DNA of 64,000 nucleotides. Origin: the human T2T-CHM13v2.0 reference genome, Homo sapiens. Of this stretch, positions 14,290-25,492 are shown piece after piece. The DNA is taken from NCBI RefSeq assembly GCF_009914755.1, contig NC_060926.1. The stretch is one strand, 5' to 3'. The notes under the pieces were generated by a model. That model searched no databases, was not told the origin of the DNA, and saw nothing but the letters and a program-made list of their open reading frames with translations. The position numbers and the translations under genes are program-made. Numbering within the stretch: the first letter of the stretch is position 1; each line of letters starts with the position of its first letter.

Positions 14290-16649
14290 GAAAGAGGAGA
14301 CACTGCCTTCAACCTCCCCACCACAACCTGAATACAGCTTCCCTTAAACTTAAAGAGAATGGGGATGTCCTAAGAATATGATCTGTCCTAAAATTCAAAA
14401 TAATGCTCATTTCCAATCTTCTCCTGAGTATTTGCATAGTTTTCAGGGTAATAGACTCAGTTTCTCATGTATTTTGTAAGCAGGAAATTCAAGGGCTTAC
14501 CCTGGACCTGGAGGATGGAAAAAGCTAAGGTCAGGGAGAGATCACACCTGAATCTACAACCATGCACCATTCAGGAGTCTGTGCAGATTGAACTGTGTTC
14601 CATAAAACATGTTTCTGCTTAGTATGGATCTAGACACTACTGTTTTTGAAAATTAGTATTTGGGGAATGAGTGAGCTTTATGGGTACACATGTGTATTCT
14701 ATTCAATAGTTACAAATTGAATGATGATGAAAAATTCTTAATCTCCATTTCTCTTGGAGAAATGAAGAGAATCAGATTGGAAGTTTCTAAATCCACTCTG
14801 GATGTTTCTACTGTACTAAGATTGCCAAGGCTCATCCTAGACTCTCCTGCCAAGCCTACTCCAATCCCTGCCACTGCATGTTACAGAAGACTTGAAGTCT
14901 CAAAGGTAGGAAAGTGGATTGCTTGGGTCCTGCTACCAGTAAGTAGAAAAAGATATCCTAGAGCAATATTGAGCCTCACAGAAGTGAAGAAACAGTACAT
15001 AGAGTTCTCAAGAAAGAAGTGTTCTTTCCTATAAGAGGGTGGACACAAGGTCAGGGAGCAAAATAGGAAGGAACTGGGGCATTTTCTTGAGATAACAGCT
15101 AGAAAGCATTTATATGCCTGCATGTGTTTCATTGAATGATAAAAACTGTCACATGAGACAGAAATTAGACATTTTTTTCTTCCTAGAACATAGTTACCTT
15201 CTGTTCTCCCAACATTTTAGTAAAGTAGCAAATGCCTACACAGTGTGTATTTGGTAGGATGAAAAACCAAGGAGCAGGACAGGACAAGGAAGTGTGGTCT
15301 GGACCAATCACCTTTCTGTTGATGCTTACACAGGAAAAAAAGACCTTCTGAGAAATTTGGATCATAATCCCAAAAGACAAAATCCTCAAAGTTCAAAATC
15401 CCTAAATCCTAAATCCCTAAAATCTAAGATTCTTAAAATCACAATCCTGAAATATTAAAATCCTGAATGTTGAAATCCAAATTCAAGGGAAGGCATTGGT
15501 ACACTTTTGGTTGTATGCATGATAGTTGCATCATATTATGTGGAACTGTTATCTTGTGGTTGACTTTATATGCATTTGGCAGAAAATCCAGATGAGTGGA
15601 TTGGCCATGTGACACAGACAAGATGAAAACTTCCATTTTAAAAATGCGTTATTTGTCTACATTGGCATTCCTTCCAGTTGATGAAATTCCAGGAGCTTTT
15701 AATGAATTAAAGGGACATTTGCCTGAAGAAGCCAGCAAAGAAGTTACTGACTAGTTCAAGAATAATGATGTGCACAGAAGACACTTATGCAACAGCATTG
15801 CGGTTCAGTCACCAGTATTGGTTCCACCAAATTTGTGGTCTATGTATGAGTACATGTGGAATGGATTTCCGAGTACTCAAAACATCACAGAAGCAGGCAC
15901 AAAAGATGAGAAAATTTAATAAGGAATTCTCATGTTCGTGTATATAGAATCATAGAAGAGTTTCAAAAAGAGCAGTGACACATAGAAAATGAAAGTGAAT
16001 GTATTCTTCAATGAGAGCCATGCCCTAAAAGGAAAAAAAAAAAAAGCAGCTATTCATCTCAATTCATCTCAATGCAAGACTTCAAAAACTAGTTAATGAT
16101 TATGAAATTCAGCCAGCTCTTATGAACTACCTCCACTCCTAATTTTCTATGCTATATATTTCATCTTTGCATCATTCCAAATATTGTACATAAAAATTGT
16201 GTACACTTTTAGAGAGGTCTAATTTGTCTTATGCACTTTGTGCAGGTTTGATTCTACAAAAGTGCATTATCACAACGTTGACTGGGTGTAAACATTGTGA
16301 GTGCACATAAAAACATTGGAACTTCCTCAATAAATAAAGAGGTGTCTTCTTTGTACATCTACATTTAAGAAAGATAACATTTTGTAAGATCTCGGTTCTT
16401 AGGTACCTGCATTTGCAGTGGTGACCCATCAAGGTTTTTCCTCAATCTCATCAAAAGACAGGTTGTCAGTCACGTTATTTCAGGTGACCGAGTTATAAAG
16501 ATGGATGCACACAATAACCAACCATAGTGATAGACATTCATACATTTCACTTTTTGACCTATTTCTTTATAAATCCAGTTCGTCTGCTCATAACTGTTAT
16601 AACCATGTCCTTATCTGAGTGCTTATTCTTGCAAAAATATGTATGCTAT

Positions 16650-17014
16650 TCTTGCAGGACGTTTCCTTAGTTCGGCTAAAGATGGGGTCCTTGTCCATCC
16701 CATGGCCATGAAAATTTAGGCTCACAGACGGTCTGAAGCATGAGTAAAGCAGGGTTTCATTGGGTGAAACGGGGGAAAAGGGGGAAAACAGGGATCCTCT
16801 GCAAGGCCAGAGTCCCTTGCTAGAGTGCTTCCCGCTTGCAGCTTGAATCCCAGGTTCGACACAGGAAGAGGAGGGGTCAGGCTCCTCCCTGCTGGAAACA
16901 GCGGGAACTTCCCAAGGCTACAGCACCCAGTGGTACACCACCCAGTGCACATTCCTTCCAGTGAGCAGGAAGGTTGGAGTTGTTCCGGGGACCCCCTCCC
17001 ACCTGGCTGTCTCA
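16650..17014 (-). mobile_element. MER61 ERV1 LTR nested in Ricksha
   Basis: Reverse complement begins TGAGACAGCCAGGTGGGAGGGGGTCCCCGG and ends ...GAACTAAGGAAACGTCCTGCAA. Confidence 0.88.
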
Positions 17015-17125
17015 TTCACCCCTCTAAAGAAGTCCATCTAACTGCCGTTAGAATAAAACTAAGAAGGAAGACCAATCTTAACTGCTTCCTGCTGACAGGG
17101 GGCGCTGTTTTAGGGAAATGGCAGA
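17015..17125 (-). mobile_element. MER61-int 3' fragment including polypurine tract
   Basis: Minus-strand tctttagaggggtgaa lies immediately 5' of the LTR start TGAGA (PPT position). Confidence 0.7.
17089..17107 (+). promoter_or_regulatory. CTCF-like motif
   Basis: ctgctgacagggggcgctg; 3' core CAGGGGGCGC matches the CTCF consensus, 5' part imperfect. Confidence 0.4.
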
Positions 17126-18599
17126 AGAAATAAATCTTCTAAAAATGTAAATTAGTATATTTTAAAGACATTTAGAATTATTTTTTTCTAGAATTATATT
17201 TCTGGGGGTTTGATATTTCAGGATTGTGATCTTCAGGATTTCAGATTTTAGGAATTTTGATCTTTTGGGATTATGCATCCAGGATTGTATCTTTGGGAAT
17301 TACGACCGACTTCCCTTTTGAGACGCCTCTGGTCCAAGAATCCAAGGCAATGACCAGACGCAAAGTAAATGGTGGACAGCTGTGGAACTGAGACCAACAA
17401 GGTAGAACTAGCCTGGAAGAAGCAAGTTCAGCAGATGATTCAAGAGCTAAGATGAGACTAACTCTCATTTGTTCACATTTATATGCCAGGAAAGCCACAA
17501 CTAAAGACAGAAACTGACATGCGGGGTTGCAGGAGCTTTAAACATTGGGCAAATTTAAATTGGGTACCTTGAGGTAAAAGGCTTTGTACTTCCCATAAGC
17601 TCTCAATGAAAATTTTGCCCTAACTTTATAACATACATTCTAAGATCAAATTTGTATGAAAGCACCACAACACAGGACAAGACCCTTGGGAGCAGAGAGA
17701 AGGAATGACCAGTTTATTAATGGGACACTAAACTTTCTTTGTTTTTTCAATATCTTGGGGGCTGACTAAATAATTTCATCCAGGTGTATAAGTGAAAACA
17801 ACAGTCATAACAACAACAACAAAAAATTATTTTATCAGGGCAGGCTTTAAAAACCAAACACATATATTAGGCTTGAAAAGCTACCAATTGCTGTAATTTC
17901 ATTTAGCTTGCAGACCACTTCTAAGTTGGGAAAATATGATTGCAAAACCTATAAAAACCTAATGAAAGCTTTGGGGTTTCTCCCCCACCCCCAGTCTGGC
18001 ATAAAATAGTAGGAGTAAGAGTAACTCTCCATTTTCCCCACCCACAGCTTAGATATCATAAGATAATTATAAATTATGTTGTGATGACCACAAGCTGCAC
18101 TCGAACAAGTGTCTCTCACCCACTGACCCCAGATATGCCCCTCAGTACCTGTTTAAAGATCCCCTCCAATAACATAGGCATTTGCTTGAAATTGTGCTTG
18201 GAGCTTGAGTTCAACTAAATTTTTACTAAGCTATTTAAAATGAATTACATGGACTAAATGGATCTTGAATCCTCTGAGGACAAATGCACCATATGAATAC
18301 AAACACAGCATAGGGCTGTAAGAAAACTCTATTCCATTAAGGGATAAGGCGAATCCCACAATAACAACAGAGGAGCCGGGAGACAAGTTGTGGGAGCTGC
18401 AGTGAGGTGAAACCACAGAGGGCTCCAGGAAAAGGCTGGTGTTGGCAACACAATGCTGCATTGCAGGTACTCTACCTGCCACTCAGGGACCACATATGTT
18501 CTGAATACCTAAGTGTTTTAGGGGTGGAAATGGTGACCCAAACTTATTTCTAACTCACAAGATAAATGAGACTGTGCTCAAAATCAGTTTCAGACTTCT

Positions 18600-19120
18600 C
18601 AAAAGAAGAATTATTTATAGATGCCAGGTATCATCATTCACAGAGAAGGATAGCAAATTGCCACTTCCAAGCCAGCCCAACAGAAAGCCCCCATGTGCTT
18701 CATGCTCTTCTCTCTTCCACCAGCTAGAGGCAGTTGATGATGAGGTCATGTGGATTCTTGCTTCTCAAAGTCTAGTCTATGAACCAGCCCCATTGGCATC
18801 ACTCAGTGCTTATTAAAGACGCAAAATCTTGGGTCCCATTCCAGACCTCCTGAAACAGAATCTGCCTTTTAACAAGCTCCCCCAGGTGATTCATATATGC
18901 ATTGAAATTTGAGAAGCACTGGTCTAGACTGGTGGTAGGATGCTAGAGCTGCCAGATGAAAAGAGCATGAGTCCCTGAATTGCCACATGGAGGAAAGCCA
19001 CCAGCTGACCAGAAACATCTGCCTGGGATTCATGAAAGACTTGGAAAGAAACTGGGTATAAGCCATTACATTTTTTTGCTTCTATTTGTTAGCACAGATG
19101 AGCCTACTCTAACAAATACA
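18600..19120 (+). mobile_element. MLT1I/J-like LTR interrupted by MER5
   Basis: 'tgagtccctgaattgccacatggaggaaagccacc...tttgttagcacag...ctctaacaaataca' 3' end; 5' boundary uncertain. Confidence 0.65.
18755..18927. mobile_element. MER5A/B (hAT-Charlie MITE)
   Basis: 'gcttctcaaagt...ccagacctcctgaaacagaatctgccttttaacaagctcccccaggtgattc...tttgagaagcactg'. Confidence 0.85.
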
Positions 19121-19867
19121 ACGAAACATATCTATTTCTAAACCATCTGGAGTCTGAACTCTGTCCTTCTGGAATTTGGAATATCAACAAAATTCTTAGA
19201 AGCAGATTGAATTAACCAAGAGACTATTTTACCACATGACAATCTGTGTATGGCTTCAAGTCAAGTGTGTGTGTGTTTTTTTATATATATACTAGCAGAT
19301 AAGTTGTATAAAATAAGGGTAGGATTTTTCAACCTTCATCTATTTCCAGGTCAAGCTTCCCTTCTTTCCATTATTCCATAATGTTATCAAGTCCTTTTTG
19401 AAAGGGCCAGTGTCAGTTTCAGCATCCCTGCTGGCTTTGAGCATCTATCATTTTAAGAATGAAATGATTCTTCATGGCATATTATGAGCCTTTTTTGTCA
19501 GGTAGTTAACTAAACTGGCACCAGTTAACTGTGATCTAAACTTTATATTGACAGATCTGGCAACAGACTGACATTCCTTGCACTAATTTTGGCTGCCCAA
19601 TCTGAAAAAAAAAATATGTTTGAAATATGATTTATCTTAAGCTGACAGCAGTCTTCATCGGGGTGCCAGCCACTGACAGAGTGAGGGAAAGGACCCAGCA
19701 TAAAATCCTAGCTGAATATGCTTGTAAGTCAGGAAGAAAGAATTTAGGGCTCCTGTTCCTCAAAGTCATAATTTAATTTAACAACCAAAGCTGGAAGGAA
19801 AACAAATGTTTCTTAGTAAGCCTCACCATCAACAATCTATTTTTCTCCCATACCACATTTGTCTTAC

Positions 19868-19950
19868 CTTGTAAAGCCCAGGATTACCTTCCCCAAGTCT
19901 TACGATAATATCTGACACACACCAACTATTCCAGCAACTCGGTAGAGCCC
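19868..19950 (-). other. Candidate spliced exon, 83 nt (probably non-coding)
   Basis: Acceptor ttttcttataattgcatttcag|G and donor AAG|gtaaga in repeat-free DNA. Confidence 0.35.
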
Positions 19951-21071
19951 CTGAAATGCAATTATAAGAAAAGATCTAATAAGCCAAAGATTAGTGACAG
20001 AAATGTGAGCATTCTTAAGTGTTTTTCTTTGGGGCTGATGTGAAAGCCAGAAACTAACCAGCTGAAGGAATAATGATACAGAAGGAAGTGACAAAATTGG
20101 AAAGATCCATCAGCATAGTCATGGTGCAGAAATGACAGTATCTGGGTAGTAACAGCATCATTTGACCATTAAATCCTAAATTGTTACATCTCTCTTTTCC
20201 TAATGAAAATAAGATGCAGAAATACTTTCAGACATTAACAAGAAGCTGTCTAGAACGTTACTGATATTTCTTAGACCAATCATGCTTTATTAACAACATA
20301 AACCCAAGTTTTTAGACTATGCCAGCACTCTGTGCAAATACGTTAATATGTAGCTGTTCACTGCCATCTTTTATTTTTGGTATAATTTGGTATGAGGTGT
20401 GTATTTGTGTATATGAATAGTAATGATGAGCAAAATAAAATAGCCCTGGATTCGTTGTTTAAATTCTTGCATTGGTATTTATGGCAATAAAGGAGATGGG
20501 GGAGGGGAATATATACTGCCTAGAAGCTGAAATTATTTCCTAATGCCATCAAGCTAGAGTGAATGAAGTTCTCCTGGGGAAATACTATTCATTCTAATGG
20601 GCTGAATTGGACACTGTGGTGCCATTAAGTGCATACTAAGTGATCATTCACCAAAAGGTAACCTTTGGTGTTTTAAAAAAAAGGGAAAGAAAGAAAAAAT
20701 AAAAGCTTCAGCCTCTTTACCTCTATTTACATTTTCAGCAGCGAAAACATAAACATAGGAATATAAGCACATAAGATAAAATATAAATGTCTGTACACGG
20801 CAGGCCCCACGTCAGTGTCTGTGGGGTCCATGTCCTCTGCGTGCTCACCTGGATTCCCCTTCCTCATTATTTGCCATGGTGTCTGTGAGGCTCCCCTGTG
20901 GCTTCTCCCAGACCTCTCCTCCCAGGTAGCTCTCCATCCTCTGCTTCTTTTCTTACCTCCTCTCCCCAATTAAGCACATCTTTCCTATGCCCCATTTCTT
21001 TCCTGCCCCTTCAAACAGATTAACCCATGCTAAGTTGCCAAAATTTGTATTCCTTTCCTGCTTTGAAACCA

Positions 21072-21535
21072 GATACACTTGCATCACAATCGCAGCCCTA
21101 TTCACAATAGCAAAGATTTGGAATCAACCTAAATATCCATCGATGGATGATTGGATAAAGAAAATGTGGTACATATGCACCGTAGAATACTACTCAGCCA
21201 TAAAAAAGAATAAAATCCTGTCTTTTGCAGCAACATGGATGGAACTGGAGGCCATTATCCTAAGTTAAATAACTCAAAAACAGAAAGTCAAATACATGTT
21301 CTCACTTATAAGTGGGAGTTAAATAATGTATACACATGGACATAGAGTGTGGAATAATAGACATTAAAGACTCAGAAGGGTGGGAAGGGGTGAAGGATGA
21401 GAAATTAGTTAATGGGTACAATCTACAATATTCAGGTCATGGGTACACTAAAAGCCCAGATTTCATCACTACAAAATATATCCATGTAACAAAACAGCAC
21501 TTGTATTCCCTACATCTATTTTTTTTAAAAATTTA
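21072..21535 (+). mobile_element. L1PB-type 3' end
   Basis: 'IAALFTIAKIWNQPKYPSMDDWIKKMW' ORF2 C-terminus plus 3'UTR 'gggtacactaaaagcccagatttcatcact'. Confidence 0.92.
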
Positions 21536-21540
21536 AGTAC

Positions 21541-21832
21541 AGCTGGGCATGGTGGCTCATGCTGTAATCTTACCACTTTGGAAGGCCAAGGCAGGCAGTT
21601 TGCTTGAGCTCAGGAGTTCAAGACCAGCCTGGGCAACATGGCAAAACCCAGTCTCTATAAAAAATACAAAAATTGTCTGGGTGTGATGGTGGGCACCTGT
21701 AGTCCTAGCTATTCAGGAGGCTGAGGTGGGAGGATCACCTGAGCCTGGGAAGTCGAGGCTACAGTGAGCTGGGATTGTGCTACTGCGCTCCAACCTGGGT
21801 GACAAAGTGAGACTTTGTCTCAAAAAAAAAAA
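21541..21832 (+). mobile_element. AluJb-like, inserted at the L1 tail
   Basis: Complete Alu dimer with A-tail. Confidence 0.95.
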
Positions 21833-22006
21833 TTTTTTAATGTTTAACAATAAAAAAATACACTTTTAAGTTAAAAAAAAAAGAAAAAAGGCAGATATAA
21901 TTTTGAGTAGGCAGACTTCTTAGTTCCTTTCAAATAGCTTGATGAAGGTGGCTGCTTTTTCTGCCAGTGTGTAAGACTGATTTAGACATCAAGAAGACTT
22001 TGGAAG

Positions 22007-22535
22007 TGAAGGAGATCAAAATATTTTACCCCCAAATATACTTCTTTGACATATTTTGAAATGGCTGCTGCAGAGCCAGCACACTCAGGTAGGGATAATT
22101 TGCATCTGTGGAGAATCTCCATTAATGCCAGCCAAGCCCTCACTTTCTAGGCCTTTTCTGGATCTAGGAGAGATTAACTGAGAGTGGGACACAGTGAAAG
22201 GTCTGAAAATAAACATTTACCATCTGTTGTCTCTGACGGCTGCTACCAGTGAGTCTTCATCTACACAACAAGACCACCTTTGCTAGCCAGGCATCCTCTT
22301 CTCTCCCTCCTGTAACTTGTCTTGCTACTGAAATTTGATTTACCGCCATCTCCTGTTTTTGGCCATGCTCTGGGCCTGCTTTCTGTCTCTAACCTCAAGA
22401 TGGTATATAAGCTTCTGAACTTTATTGAGGTGTTGGGTGTTCGTTCTGAAGGCTCTCGTGTGTACATGTTAAATGAATGTGTATGCCTCATGCCAGTGAT
22501 TATCAGTGAAATTTCAGAGGGCCAAGGGCCTCTTA
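22007..22535 (+). mobile_element. MER34-family ERV1 LTR (MER34C-like)
   Basis: Starts tgaaggagatcaaaatattttacccccaaatatacttctttgacatattttg; TATA-like ggtatataagc at ~22402. Confidence 0.8.
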
Positions 22536-22537
22536 AA

Positions 22538-22687
22538 AGAGATGGGATCTCACTTTGTGGCCCAGGCTAGAGAGTGCAGTGGAAGGATTGTAGCTCACTG
22601 CCACCTTAAATACTGGGCTACAGTGATGCTCCTGCCTCAGCCTCCTGAGTAGCTGGGACTACAGGTGTGGGCCACTGCCCCATGGCT
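22538..22687 (-). mobile_element. Alu monomer (FLAM/FRAM/AluJ arm)
   Basis: 'gagatgggatctcactttgtggcccaggct...gcctcagcctcctgagtagctgggactacagg'. Confidence 0.85.
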
Positions 22688-22729
22688 ACTTAGTCTATAT
22701 GATTAAGGCCCTATATGGTGGCATATACA

Positions 22730-22845
22730 CACCCCATTTTACAGGTGGTGTTCCTGAGGGTCAGAGACATGAAGTAATTTAGTCAAGGTCACAAAGTGTC
22801 AGAGTCAAGATTTAAAACCATCTGTCTGGTTCCCAAGTTCATTCA
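22730..22845 (-). mobile_element. MIR
   Basis: 'cccattttacaggtgg...ctgagggtcagagacatgaagtaatttagtcaaggtcaca'. Confidence 0.75.
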
Positions 22846-23383
22846 TTTCCCTTGGCTGAGGCTGTGTCAGGCACAGCACATTGTGGATAATGAGATACAT
22901 ATTTGGGCTTTGTTCCCATTCTTGTCCCAGAGCACCTAAAACCCTTGGAATTTCCTGAGTGATTGAAATATCTTTTGTTATTGATAATGAGCCACTTTCC
23001 ATCATCTGAGTTTGGGCTAATGAGGTGACTTAGGATGGGGGCCCCAGATAGCCTCAGGATGAGGCCAGGCACCTGAAAGACACAGTGCATAGAGGATTAG
23101 AAGGTTGAAACTTTCAGCCCTACCCACCAACCTCCAAGAAGAGGGAGGGGGAGTCTGGAGATTAAACTCTATAAAAACTCTTGAACCATGAGACTTGATG
23201 AGTTTCCAGGTTGCTGAACACATGGAGGAGCAAGGAGGGTGGCATGCCCAGAGTGGGCACAGAAGCTTCCTACCCTTTCCCCGTCCATACCTTGCCCCAT
23301 GAATCTTTTCCATCTGAGTTGTACCCTTTACAATAAACTGGTAAATGTAAGTAAAGTGTTTCCCTGAGTTTGGGGGGCCATTC

Positions 23384-23994
23384 TGTCAGAGGTGTTTAAC
23401 CAGAGAGACTTCATCTTGAATAGGGCCTAGGTAAAATAAGGCTGAGACCTACTGGGCTGCATTCCCAGGAGAGAAGGCATTCTTAGTCCCAGGATGAGAC
23501 AGGAGGTCGGCACAAGATACAGGTCACAAGGACCTTGCTGATAAAACAGCATACAGTAATGAAGGCAGCCAAATCCTGCCAACCAAGATGGTGATGAGAG
23601 TGAGCTCTGCTTCTCCTCATTATACTGCTCGTTATACCCTCATTATAATGCATTAGCTACTAAAAGACACTCCCACCATTGCCGTGACAGTTTACAGATG
23701 CCATGACAATGTCAGGAAGTTATCCCATATGGTCTAAAAGGGGGTGGAACCCTCAGTTCCAGGAACTGCCCACCCCTTTCCCAGAAGACTCATGAATAAT
23801 CCACCCCTTGTTTAGCATATAATCAAGAAATAACCATAAAATAGCCAACCATCTGCCTGTGGAGTAGCCATTCTTTGGTTTCTTTACTTCTCTAATAAAC
23901 TTGCTTCACTTTATGGATTTGCCACAAATTCTTTCTTGCACAAGATCCAAGAACTCTCTCTTGGGGTCTGGATCAGGACCCCTTTCGGGTAACA
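23384..23994 (+). mobile_element. MER41B solo LTR
   Basis: TGTCAGAGG...GGTAACA termini; 'cattataatgcattagc' segment; 4-bp TSD attc/attt. Confidence 0.92.
23757..23786. promoter_or_regulatory. Tandem GAS (STAT1) elements in MER41B
   Basis: TTCCAGGAA (23757-23765) and TTCCCAGAA (23778-23786) both fit TTCN3GAA. Confidence 0.7.
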
Positions 23995-25302
23995 ATTTAA
24001 GCAAACTAGGAGGAGGTGGTCATGGGAACCCCTGATTTATAGTCAGTCAGCCAGAAGTATTGGGGGCCCAGACTTGCAACTGGCATCTGAAGTGGGGCAC
24101 TCTTGTGGGACTGAGCCTTTAACCTGTGAGATCTGACACTATCTCCAGGTAGACAGTGTCAGAATTGAACTAAATTATAGCACACCCAGTTGGTGTCCAG
24201 TGGAGAACTGATGTGCGGGAAAAGCCGGCACTTTGTTCAAAGAAGTGTTTTGTGTTTGAGTGCAGACAGAAACGGTGAGTATGTGTTTCACCAGACATAT
24301 TCTGTCCTATCATTCTGTCAGATAAATGGAAGGATGCATTTCTTTATTTTCTCATAAAGGGAATTTTTCTTAGACACAAAACTTTCCATCTATTATCTTT
24401 TCTAATTGATGTAAACAGTATAACTGCTTTCTCCCACCTGTCTAATGCAAAGCACTAACATATTAAAAAGTGTGTCTTGACCTGTCCTCCCCTCCTCTCT
24501 TGACTCATGTCAATATTTCAAATTTTGTCCTATTTAGGAAAACAAGGATTCTTTGTCTGCAGGATGTTCAAGATCGGGTTTATAATTCCTCTGGAATTAT
24601 CTTTCCAGTGGAACAAGGAAAATAAACTGGAGAAACCTTTTGGGTGAAGATGCAGGTCATAAGCAGCTTGACACGCAAGAATTCACATTGAACCTGGCCA
24701 TGTCTGACATTAATGCAAATACTCACCCTGGCCCCTGCAGGCTGGGGAGTCAGAAAAAAACGTAGTGTGACAAGATGGATACTGGCAGCTTTGCACTCGG
24801 GCAGAGACAGTGAATGCAGCCTGTGGGCTCTCTCCCCACCCCAAAGCCCACCATTCTATGCTGTCAAAGGATCTAGGGCCGTATGATAAGGAACAGAAAG
24901 TGACATTGTTTTGTTATTGTTTTTATCTGTCGAATCCAAAGAGACTATACATTTAAGGCAGTAAATAGGCTCAAGAAAAATAGCAGAATGAGGAGGAGGA
25001 GGAGGCTGTCCTAGGCGGTGGAGGGGCAACAGGTGTGTGTGAGATGAAGAAAAGGAACAAGATCCTCTCCACAATCTTGTCCAGGTCCAGAGTTTCTTCT
25101 AGCCCTTCTCCTCACCTCCTTGCACAAGATAAGGCTTGAGATGACGAGACTTCAGGGGCAAACTTCTAGTTCATATCCATTCCCTGCACACTTGCTGAAA
25201 CAATTGCCCATGATTCTCATTGTGGTCTCCCTACTTCACAACTCCAGCCAAGCCCGGGGGAAGTCTTAGTTCATGAGGGACTAAAAAGAGCTCCTTATGA
25301 GA

Positions 25303-25492
25303 GGCAGGTGCAGTGCTAAGCACTCAACACACACCATCTCTTTTAGTCCTCCCTGAAACTGCATAATTATTACTATTGTTCCCACTTTACAGATGAGAAG
25401 ATTGAGGCTCAAGCATCTTAAGTGAGCAGCTCAGGCCACCAGCAAGTCTGAGCTGAGATGTGAATCTAGATGTTCTGACTCCAGGCCAATGC
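25303..25492 (-). mobile_element. MIR
   Basis: 'attattactattgttcccactttacagatgagaagattgaggctca'. Confidence 0.8.

Larger units (their letters stand above)
15354..17313 (+). mobile_element. Ricksha (MULE/MuDR-type DNA transposon) with decayed transposase remnant
   Basis: Left end tttggatcataatcccaaaagacaaaatcc; inverted right end ggattgtatctttgggaattacgaccgacttcc; aaatcc/ggattt subterminal repeats; remnant peptides 'LAFLPVDEIPGAFNELKGHLPEEA' and 'PPNLWSMYE'; TSD ccttctgaga / ccttttgaga. Confidence 0.88.
22882..24297 (+). mobile_element. MER21 LTR (interrupted by MER41B)
   Basis: 'ctaaaacccttggaatttcctgagtga', 'gtaagtaaagtgtttccctgagt' and 'ctccaggtagacagtgtcagaattgaa' MER21 signatures on both sides of the insert. 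Confidence 0.88.

Noticed and set aside
15360-15480. Short aaatcc-type repeats that could look like a CRISPR array or telomeric array
   Set aside because: These are Ricksha subterminal repeats, mirrored at 17200-17290; the context is eukaryotic with no spacer structure or cas genes.
19903-19950. 'GLYRVAG' resembling the RhoGAP arginine-finger motif GLYRVSG
   Set aside because: The frame stops after 16 codons, downstream residues do not fit RhoGAP, and no other RhoGAP exons are present.
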